Source: Cenococcum geophilum
Lineage: Eukaryota
DNA length: 64,000 nucleotides
Direction: 5' to 3'
Assembly (NCBI GenBank): GCA_050273025.1
Contig: CP158635.1
Location: 16,120,001-16,184,000 of the forward strand
A program made the translations under genes and the position numbers. How positions within the stretch are numbered: the first letter of the stretch is position 1; every line of letters begins with the position of its first letter. Positions 1 to 10,738 of the stretch are shown piece after piece. Below the pieces are notes generated by a model, which ran no database searches, was not told the DNA's origin, and saw only the letters and a program-made list of their open reading frames with translations.

Positions 1-807
1 CCGCAGTATGCAGGAGCTCCTAGTCCAGAGATAGACAGCTCATGGGATAAGCTGTTAGGAGGTAAGAACAAGTCAGAATATTTATATATTTAGTCCTGGC
101 TGTTCTGTTACGTGGCTTACCCAATTACCCTCTGATCGAAAAATTATTAAGTTTGATAGTCTGATAATTTCTTGCATTGGTGCCTACAGCTGTTGAAATC
201 GTACTCGAGGGCGAAGAGGCGGCTACAATAGCTGGAATGACCAAGCCAGGACCTGATGGAAAAGGCTGGCAGCTAAGGTAAGCCATGGGTGGGACACAAA
301 AATCACCCTACACTTTAAACGTCTGACAAACAGTGGGAACACAATTGCAGCATCGACGTCTACCATTCCCTCCACTGCGTCGTAAGTAGACCATGCAATT
401 TCAACTTACTACCACACCACCACATAAAGCCGCTCTACGGGCGTGGCTAACTTCCTCTCCACCGATAAATAGGATGTTGTGCGCAGAGGCCTAGACAACC
501 AGTACTACCATCCTGATGGGAAATTCCCTTATTTCTTCCGTGACCACCTGGGTAAGGGAGTACATTCCCCTCCCGTGGCCTTACTAGCACGCAGAACTCT
601 AATATAAACTATCTGGGTGAAGACCACTGCGTGGACTACCTCCGCCAGGTGGTCCAGTGCAACTCGGATCTCACCCCCCTGAGATATGTCTGGAACGACG
701 AGCTTTCTGTTACACTGCCGGTTTTTGGGCAGGTGCACACCTGTCGGAATTTCCAAAAGGTTCAGGAGTGGGCAACGGCAAGATCGAGAGTGCTATCTTA
801 TTATTAG
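1..807 (+). CDS. DUF3328/UstYa-family oxidase, 5'-truncated by the window edge; exons <1-61, 190-277, 351-381, 473-551, 623-807
   Basis: Splicing four GT-AG introns (62-189, 278-350, 382-472, 552-622) gives one stop-free frame: PQYAGAPSPEIDSSWDKLLG...SIDVYHSLHCVDVVRRGLD...[24 protein letters not shown]...HTCRNFQKVQEWA...*. It has both HxxHC motifs plus the YxGxPSPExDxxW and HTCRNF motifs typical of DUF3328. The ORF track misses it. Confidence 0.93.
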
Positions 808-1016
808 AGCTGGCTTTTAAACCTAGTAGGGGTTTGGCGGTTAGGCTTGAGGTGACCCGACACCAGAGATCACGGCTCTCTTAATTTAGAGGACTGCAGA
901 TTAGCTATTAGTTTTAGGTTAAGTAGATAAAGATTAAAGTAATTAAAAAGATTATTATTTATATACCTTTAATATATAACTAGCCTATTTATTAGTCTAA
1001 AAGGAAAGACTTTACG

Positions 1017-1320
1017 AAGGGAGCATTCAAAAGTTTCGATAGCCTCTACGCCACAAAAACGCCCCCAAAAACGCCACGTCACTATGCCTTGGCGTCCTAA
1101 TTAGAAAGGAAGCTAGAGTAACAGATAGATTTTGGCTCTCTGCGACGAGAAAGTGTAGATATATAGGATATATACAGCTACTTCTTCCGCCTACCACCTC
1201 GTCGCTATGGCTTCTTTAATGGCTTAACCGCCGTGCGCGCCAAGCCTCGCTTGCGCTATATTAAGCCACTAAGGGCTAGCGTGACAAGGGTGGCGATCGA
1301 AGCTTTTAAACGCTGCCTCT
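1017..1320. mobile_element. Possible ~300-bp MITE with degenerate terminal inverted repeats (TIRs)
   Basis: Left AGCATTCAAAAGTTTCGATAGCC versus reverse complement of right end AGCGTTTAAAAGCTTCGATCGCC; GC-richer island in AT-rich flanks; no clear TSD. Confidence 0.4.
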
Positions 1321-1702
1321 ATATATTTATAGAATATTATTAAATCCTTAGATATAGGGTTTATTCTAATTTAATAGAAAGCTTGGCGGATATTAAAAAA
1401 TCAAGACTTAAATATTCTAATATTAGAACTTAGAAGATTCCTTACAGAAAAAACCTAAAGAGATAAGAATAGTAGGAATATCTATAAAAAAAACCCTATT
1501 TATAGTATATTAAGGAAAATAAATAAATTAAGTATTAGTTAAAAAAGAACTAGATATAAAGAGAAGACTAATTAGGAAAAGAGGAGGCCTATGGAACTAG
1601 AGTAAACTACATTGGGAAAATATCCGCAGGCTGAGATTTAAACTACCCGTTAAGTGAAATCAAATACTGCTAAATAGGTCAATTGGGCGCTAAATGGCTG
1701 CA

Positions 1703-1790
1703 GTTGACGCCGCTGACGTCGTTGACGTTTTTGACGTTTTTGACGCGTAGCCTGCGCGTAGCCTGCGCAGAGCCTGCCCAACCTGCGCAA
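1703..1790 (+). repeat. Short tandem motifs (TTGACG with ~9-nt period, then GCCTGCGC with ~10-11-nt period)
   Basis: gttgacgccgctgacgtcgttgacgtttttgacgtttttgacg followed by gcctgcgcgtagcctgcgcagagcctgcccaacctgcgc. Confidence 0.75.
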
Positions 1791-1877
1791 TTGGCGCATT
1801 TGACAGTTACAGTGGTGTTCACGGCTCGGCTGAGCGCCCGCTTAGTCGCTGAGCCGCACGTGATATACAGTCGTTTA

Positions 1878-2319
1878 AGAAATATCGGTAAAAATCGCCA
1901 AGCCGCAGCAGCGCGCATCACCCCCCCATCAAAACAATACACCCTCTATAGCTTTACCAATATAGCTCTATATTTTATAAATAGAGGCTTATTTTATAGC
2001 TCTATCCTAGGGCTATAAAATAAACCTTTATTTATAAATTATAAAGCGATATTAGTGGGGCTATGGGGGGTGCTTTGCAACGGCTGTGCAACTTGGATTG
2101 AGGCTCTGCGCTGACTAATCCGACCCCTCTATTCCTAGAAATAAGCACCCCCCATAACTCTACTAAAATAGCCCTAAAATATATAAATATAGGCTTATTT
2201 TGTAGCCCTACGATAGAGCTATAAAATAAGCCTCTATTTATAAAATATAGAGCTATATTGGTAAAGCTATAGAGGGTGATGCGCGCTGCTGCGGCTTGGC
2301 GATTTTTACCGATATTTCT
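1878..2319. repeat. Foldback/MITE-like element with ~140-155-bp inverted arms (1878-~2035 and ~2181-2319)
   Basis: AGAAATATCGGTAAAAATCGCCAAGCCGCAGCAGCGCGCATCACCC... recurs as its reverse complement ending at 2319; the left arm has an extra ~20 nt. Confidence 0.85.
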
Positions 2320-2562
2320 CCCTCGTCGACATTCGCGAATGTTCACGGCCGAGCCTGCAGCCACGGGCAGTCTCAGGGCAGGACCATCCCACAGAACCAG
2401 ATTACTTAGCAATTAGTAAGCTCGCACGGACCACTATCGTCAGCGCGTAAATAACTTTTAAATAACAAAGCACTATCTACATGTGTAATACTCCAATATT
2501 CGACCGTCTATTTCAATAGGGTCCTTTCCCTTTTTATTACTACGCGTGCGCTTGGCCTTAGG

Positions 2563-5500
2563 TGTTACGGCACTGGTGGAAACCGGTGGATTATGGCGGA
2601 CAGTTGCAGACAGTCGCATACAGTTCCAGACAGTTGCCGTCACGTGACCAGAGGATCGTATATAACGTCGAGCAGCGCCGCCCTCCGTCTCCTTTCCTTT
2701 CTCTAGCTTTAGATCCTCGTTTATAGACAATCCAATCGTACAGGCTTGCGCGACCCTTTTGCCGTGCTCGTGCCTCGATTAACTGAGTCGCTAACATTAT
2801 CTGAAGCTCGTCTACTCTTTTTCCTAAGAAGGAACTTAAAAAATATCTACGGACTACAAATAAGAACAGAATACAGAAGCAGACCCAAAGACTATTACCA
2901 GAACTTAAAGAATAAAACAGAACCAGAAGAACAGAAAAAAATAACAAGATTTATAGAACACGCACAGACCAGAACCCCTGTAAGAACCCTACTAGAAGTT
3001 ACCCTAATAACCGTATTACCATGCCAAGAACCATAGCGGCCGGTAAAGCAGCCGTAGGACCCTCAAATACCTCCGATGGTAAAATAGTAACTAACTTAAA
3101 TTCCTAGGTGGAGCTTGTAGCAGCTAATGCCGAAATTAAATAACTTTAAGAGCTGCTTAAAGCTAGAGAACCCCTTATACCTAGCGAAGAGTTATTAGAC
3201 ACCTAGAGACTCGCTACGGTCCTTAAGGCCCTAGCCTAACGTATAGCATTAGCATTGTTACGGTCCGCGAAGGTCGCGGACCCCCTATTGCTTACAGACG
3301 GAACCGACCCTATATTTGATAATTGGAAGCTTTAATTACAGGATAAGCTTAAAGTTAATGCGGACTACTTCCCTACTACTTAGGCTAAAATGGCCTACGT
3401 CTTCGGCCGTACCGGCGGGGACGTATAGACGCACCTACGTCCTTAATATATATAGGACTTGGCAGATCCCTTCCTCTCTAGAGAAGAGATAATTGTGTAC
3501 CTGTTTTCTATCTATAAGGACCCCTTTAAAGTATAGAACGCCTGACTTAATTATAAAAGCCTAAATATAAAAACGACGGAGACCTTCTTGGCCTTTTAGA
3601 CCCGCTTTCTACACCTAGCCGGCTAGGCTCGAATTCCCTAGGAAGATTTAATGCCAGACCTATTTGACAAGCTTACCCTAGACTTGCAGCGAGCTGTACT
3701 GCTAGTTTTTACTACTGTATAGACGCTAAAGGAACTTACGGACTAGTGCTTGGCTATCGACTAAGGCCTCCGCCGAATTAAGGTACGCGCCGAATGGTAT
3801 AAAGCCAGAAACCCTTTAAATTAGACCACAAGCAATATAAGAACGGCCCGCAATGCCCCGGCACGATTGGTAACCCCCGCAGCACTACCTATATAGCCCG
3901 CCGCCAATTTAGTAGCTAGCCGTGCGGCTAGCCCTGCTACGGGTCTGGCGAATGCTTAGCCTATATACAGTAACCCCCGTATATAGGCCCTTAGTGATTA
4001 AGGAGCTTGCTTCTCTTGTGGTTAGAAAGGCTACTATATAAAGGATTATTTAACAAACATAAAAGCGGATAAGGTTCTATTAATCTAGGAGGATAGCGTA
4101 GAGTTAGAAAAAGAGGAACCCTAGAGGAAGACTCCTCTTTAGGGTTAAAAGGGATTAATATGTTAGATGTTGATCTGGGTTGGCTAGTTAGTAGAAGAAG
4201 CTACACTATCCCTTATACTTTATTCCGTAATAGATACCAAGTTTTAACCTCTGCTTTAGCTAACTCTGGAGTAAATACCTTTGCCTTAATAGACACCTAG
4301 TGTACTATAAAGCTAGCTAACTTTCTAAATGCACCTATTAAAGAACTGCCTAAACTAATTCCTATTCGTGGGTATAACGGGCGGATAGGGCCACCTATTA
4401 CGACTATCTTGCGGATTTACCTCCGTGTTAACGGACGAAGGCAGTATAATATCCCCTTCCTTATTACGGACCTAGGTAGCTACGATATAATTTTAGGGCG
4501 AAAATAGCTAGCCTATTTAGGCTTACAGCTCGATATACGGAGTAGACGGCTTATCTAGCCCGAAACCCTACCCCTAACCCCTTCCTTTATAAAAAAAATC
4601 AGCATTATAATGGAAAACCTTATACGGCCCTAGATTAATATTATTTACTAGGCCGATGCTATGCGTAGGGACTAGGCCTTTGAAAAAGATATATAGCTTA
4701 ATTTATAACGGATCCGTATACTACGTTGCCCCTAGACTACCTATATCACGCCACCCGTATTAAAGACCTAGGAAGTTAGTAGTGACCTAGAAAAGCCCCC
4801 TATGGAGAGCTTAGGCCCTATATAGCTATAAAGAATAGTAAGGGACGTCGGACGTTATACTAAACTGATAGATCGGAGGGATAATCTGCGGAAAATGGAA
4901 TAGGAGCTAAGAAAGATTATAAACCCTAGACCGCAAAATACGGTCTAGAAAACGGCTGTAAGAAAACCAGCGGACCTCCTACTAGTTGATGTCTGCTGTA
5001 TTAGTGCCGTAGGATTCTACTAGAATTTAGTTTAGCCTAATACCGTCACCTTTACGACGAGCTTATATAAAATTGATTAAATAATTAAGGAAAAGGAAAG
5101 CGAGCTTAGCGGATAAGAAAGCGAGCTTATGGATGAGGAACTAGTAGAACAAAAGCTGCCCTATTGATACTAGAAATTTAAGGACGTATTCTCTAAAGCA
5201 GCGTCTAATATACTTCCACCTTACCGACTATATAACTATAAGATTAAGATTAAGCAGGGCAAGGAAAACACCCTTAGCTTTAGCCCCCTCTACGAGTAGT
5301 TTGTTACCGAATTGCAGGCCATAAAGCAGTATCTTATTAATAACCTAAATAAGGGCTTTATTAAGCCTAGCTAAGCCCCTTTTGCCTCGCCTATTTTCTT
5401 TATTAAAAAGCCAAATAGAGGACTCCGCTTCTGTATTAACTACCGTAAGCTAAACAATATAACCCGCAAGGACCGCTATCCGCTGCCCCTACTTAATAAG

Positions 5501-8500
5501 ACTCTGGCCCGAATAAGTAGAGCTAAAGTCTTTATAAAGCTTGATATCCGCTAGGCCTTCTACCGAATTAGGATGGACCCCGGGTCTAAAGATCTTACTA
5601 TATTTCGGACCTGTTACGGAACATATAAATATAAGGTACTCCCTTTTAAACTGACTAACGGGCTAGCTACGTACTAGCGGTATATAAACGATGTACTTTT
5701 TAACTACCTTGACGACTTCTGTACGGCCTATTTAGATAATATTATAATCTACTCTAAGAATAAGCTAGAATATAAGGAGCACGTCTATAAAGTCCTATAA
5801 CGGCTCCGCGAGGCTGGCCTCTAGGTTAATATTAAGAAGTTAGAGTTTAGTGTTAAGCGTATAAAGTACCTAGGTTTTATTATTAGTACGGACGGAATTA
5901 AAACCGACCTAGAGAAGACGGCTGCAATTAACTAGTAGGCACCCCCACGGACCGTAAAGGGGGTATAATTATTTTTAGGTTTTTGTAACTTCTACCGACG
6001 CTTTATTAAGAACTACAGTAGGATTGCCCGGCCTCTTAACCGTCTTACTAGAAAAGACTAGCCCTTCTACTTTAACGCTATATATAGGCAGGCCTTTAAT
6101 AAGCTTAAGAAACGGCTAGTATTGGCTCCCTTACTTGCCCATTTTGACCCGGAACGGCCCTTAATGCTAGAAACTAATGCCTTAGACGGCGCGATAGCTG
6201 GCGTTTTTTCCCAGAAGTAACCGGACGGAGAGTGGCACCCTATTGTATACTATTCGAAGACTATAATAGATGCTAAGCTAAACTACCACATCTATAATAA
6301 AGAAATGCTGGCTATTATCTCTAGCTTTTAGCACTAGCGTGTATAGCTAGAGGGGACCCCTAAGCCGATTAAGGTAGTTTTAGATTATAAGGCCCTAGAA
6401 TACTTTATAATAACCAAGGCCCTTACGGCCTGGTAGGCACGCTAGGCGGATACCCTATCTTAGTTTAACTTCTTAATTATATATAGACCAGGCGCTATAA
6501 ACTGTGCGGACGCTCTTATAAGGCGCGAGTAAGACCTAGATAACTAGACGGCTGCGAAGATCTTATTACGGACCTAGATGCTACTATAACTAGAACACCT
6601 TGACCCCTAAATACGGGCAGAACTAAGCACGGACTCCTTAGGCGCCGAGATATGTCCTATTAACTCCTCCGAACTCGACCTTATTGATAAACTACTATAG
6701 GCTAACCGAACGACCCCCTCTCTACAGGAGTACCGTAAAAAGGCAAAGAATGTTACTAGCCTATGGTCCTTTGAAAACGGACTACTTAAGCACTAGGAAC
6801 GGCTAGTAGTAGCTAAGGAACAGAACTTACGGACCCGGCTTATTGCCGAAGCTTATGCCTAGGTCTCTACGGCCCACCCTGGAAAAAATAAGACCCGTAA
6901 GATTATTGGCAACCGCTACTACTAGCCTGGAATAGTTGTGGATATTGACTGCTATATACGGAACTGTAACGACTGCTGTAGATCTACAATTCCACGAGAC
7001 AAGACCCTAGGACTATTAAAACCACTCCCGATACTAGAACGCCCCTAGTAGTATATCTCTATAGACTTCCATGAACTACCTACGGACTATAATGGATACG
7101 ATATGGTTATAATCCTAGTTAACCGCTTTAGCAAGCGCCCGTTCTTAATCCCCTGTTATAAGAATATCGATGCTAAAGAGGCGGCCCAACTATATATTTA
7201 CTACGTCTACCGAATTTACGGACTACTAGATACTATTATATCCGATTACGGGCCGTAATTTATTTCGGCTTTCTAGAATAAGTTTACCTAGATCTTAGGC
7301 ATTAAGCTAAAGCTTTCTATAGTATACTACCCCTAGACAGATGGTTAGATGGAAATTATAAATTAATACTTAGACTAGAGACTTCGGCCTTTTATTAACT
7401 ACTTTTAAGATAACTGGGCCGAACTGTTACCCCTAATAGACTACGCCCAAGCGACCCTACCTTATGATTCCACAGGATTTGCCCCTATCCAGCTAGAAAT
7501 GGGCTACTTACCCCACATAAGCTTTGACTGGGAAAGACTAGAAGGACCCCAGACCGTACGCGAAAAACTATCTTATAAGGAAGCCTAGTAGTACGCTAAG
7601 CGCTTAGAAGAAGCCTGGATAGTAGCCCGTATAAATCTAGAAAAGGCTTAGAAATTGATATAATAGTAGGCGAATAAGCATAGGCGAGAGCCTGACTTTG
7701 CCGTAGGAGATATGGTCTAGGTTATAACAAAGAACTAGAAGACAAAACGACCTAGCCGTAAGCTAGACTATTAGATGGTAGGACCGTATAAGGTTCTTAA
7801 GAAGATAGGCAACGCGTATAAAGTAAAGCTCCCAGATTTAATTAAAGTTCACCCTATTTTCTCTTTGGATAAACTACGGAAAGCTGTAAACAACCTATTA
7901 CCCGGACAAAAGAATAAACCTCCCCTGCCGATTTAAGTTAATGGCGACGATAAATGGGAAATTGAAGAAATACTAGCCTGTAAGCTTGTAAGGGGAACGT
8001 TAAAATATTGTGTTAGTTGGAAAGGGTACGACCTGGACCCCACTTGGTACCCTACATGGAACTTTATAGGTAGTCCCTATAAGCTTTAGGAATTCCATAG
8101 TCGTTACTCTAACGAACCCGGACCCCCAAAGTACCTTAACAAGTGGATGGAGTGCTAAAATAGCGAAGATAATAAGCTGCCCATTAAGTATAAAGATAAG
8201 AATACCCTATGGACATAATACGGACGTACAAAGCCTGAGGGCAGGCTTTTTCGGAGGGGGGGGTAATATTACGGCACTGGTGGAAACCGGTGGATTATGG
8301 CGGACAGTTATAGACAGTCGTATACAGTTCTAGACAGTTGCCGTCACGTGACCAGAGGATCGTATATAACGTCGAGCAGCGCCGCCCTCCGTCTCCTTTC
8401 CTTTCTCTAGCTTTAGATCCTCGTTTATAGACAATCCAATCGTATAGGCTTGCGCGACCCTTTTGCCGTGCTTGTGCCTTGATTGACTGAGTCGCTAATA
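2563..8500 (+). mobile_element. Full-length Ty3/Gypsy chromovirus, family A copy A1 (RIP-inactivated)
   Basis: 234-bp LTRs 2563-2796 and 8267-8500; TSD TTAGG; polypurine tract GGAGGGGGGGG ~8253-8263; gag 3021-4124 with CFSCG knuckle; pol in -1 frame with ALA(D)SG protease, YLD(D) RT ~5729, RNase H, integrase, and chromodomain WEIEEIL...VSWKGYD..PTWYP ~7950-8060. Confidence 0.96.
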
Positions 8501-10738
8501 TTAGGGGACCTAATAGCAAGTACGCTAGCTTTATGAGCCTTATGCGCGTCTATAGAAGCCCCCTATTGCAGTTACTTTAATTTTAATAGAATACTAACCT
8601 CTTTTAGCTTAGGATTACTAGGACCCTTGTTAGTATTACCTAAGATTAATATATAATTACTACGAGCTAATTAAGTATAGGTCCTTTAAGCTCTAGTGCG
8701 CGCCGCTCTACTAGATTAATAGAGCAGGAGAGGTAGCGGCTTTTAATAATTGTTAGGTACCAAATGGGTCGCGATAGGCTCCTTCTTACTAATATTTTGG
8801 TGAGGATCGTCTAATATGGTACCTTGGAGTACTTCCGCATTATTAAGCCATAAGTTATTGTCCTCCCCCGTTTCCAAAATAACTACCTCGTCCTTTAACC
8901 CCCCTAAAACTTCGTTATATAACACCGACGGCTTATTAAACAATTACTGCTTATCCTCCTTATCCTCCTTAATATCCTTATCTACTTTATCGGCCGGTTC
9001 TTTGTTTTAGATTAGAAAGTGGCTAAGATTTATACTACCGCTTAGTTAAGCAGGTATATACTTCTAGGCCTCCTCCTATCTTTCCTTTTAGAACTCTTAT
9101 ACAGCGACGTTAGTAGCGCATTTAGTAATCTCAGCGCTTATTTTGCCGCGCTAGTTGGCCTTACTATACTTTTTTTTAGGTGGTAGCTGCCAGCGAGCCT
9201 TTAGAGGAACCTTAAATAGAGCGCCCTTAGGTAGTAATTGAAGCTCTGCCTATCTACTTAAAATAGCCATTTATTACGGCACTGGCAGAACTTAGCAGAA
9301 CACAGGCAGAACTTGGCAGAACTTCGCGATTACGTGACTAGAGGACCGCATAAAAGAACCCTACGTTAACTAGCGCTGCTCTTCTTCTCCTTTCCTTTCT
9401 CTAGCTTTAGATTCTCGTTTATAGACAATCCAATCGTATAGGCTTACGCGTCCCTTATACTGTGCTCGTGCCTTAATTAACTGAGTCGCTAATATTATCT
9501 AAAGCTTATTCTACTCTTTCTTCCTAAGAAGGAACTTAAATATATCTACAAGACTATAAATAGGATAAGAGCATAGAATAAGACCCTAAGGATATTACTA
9601 GGACCACAAGGATAGGACCTAAAAGAAAAGAATAGAACCTTAAGGAAAGGACCTATAAGATACGCACAGACTAGAACCCCTAAAGAAATTACCTAGAATT
9701 ACCTAATACCCCTATTACTATACCACGAAATATAGCAGCAGGCAAAGCAGCTGTAGGACCCTTAAATACTTTAGATAAAGAAATAATTAACGTTTTAACC
9801 CCCTAGGCGGAGCTTGCGGTAGCTAATACTAAAATTAAATAACTATAAGAGCTGCTTAAAGCTAGAGATACCCCTATATCTAATAATAAGTTATTATTAG
9901 ATAACTAAAGACTTGCTATAGTCCTTTAGGCCCTATCCTAGCGCTTTAGTGGATCTATTAAGACCTATACAGCACTAAAGTGGTTAGTAAAGGTCGCGGA
10001 TCCCCTGCTACTTATGGATGGAATAAACCTAATATTTAATAACTGGAAGCTTTAATTACGGGATAAGCTTAAAGTTAATGCTGACCACTTTCCTACCCCC
10101 TAAGCTAAGATGGCCTATGTCTTTGGCCGTACTGGCGGAGACGCCTAGACGTATTTACGCTCGTAATATACTAAAGACTTAACAGACCCCTTTATCTCTA
10201 AAGAAGAAATAATTAAATACTTATCTTCTATTTATAAAGACCCTTTTAAAGTATAAAACGCCTGCTTTAGCTATAAAAGCCTAAATATGAAAATAATGGA
10301 GAGCTTTTTGGCCTTTTAGACCCGCTTTCTATACCTGGCTAGGCAGGCCTAGATTTCCTAGAAAGACCTACTACTAGACCTCTTTAATAAGCTTACCCTG
10401 GACTTATAGCGGGCTATATTGCTAGCTTATACTATAGTATAGACGTTAAAGGAACTTATAGACTATTGCCTAGCTATTAACTAAGGCCTCCGTCGCATTA
10501 AGGTACGCGCTAATTAGCTAAAAACTAGAAACCTTATAAACTAGGCCGCAAGTACTGTAAGAACAGCCTATAGTGCCCTGGTATAATCGGCAACCCCTAT
10601 AGCACCGGCCGCTTAGCCTATAGTTAACCTAGCAGCTAGCTGCGTAGCTACCCCTACTATAGGTCCGGTGTACACCCGGCCTATATATAGTAACCCCTAA
10701 ATATAGGCCCTTAGTAATTAAGGAGCTTGCTTCTTATA

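Noticed and set aside
529..3036. Track ORFs at 529-756, 657-884, 1679-2018, 2032-2412 and 2591-3036
   Set aside because: They are alternative frames of the DUF3328 exon, or chance frames across foldback, TIR and LTR repeats; shared peptides simply reflect DNA repeats.
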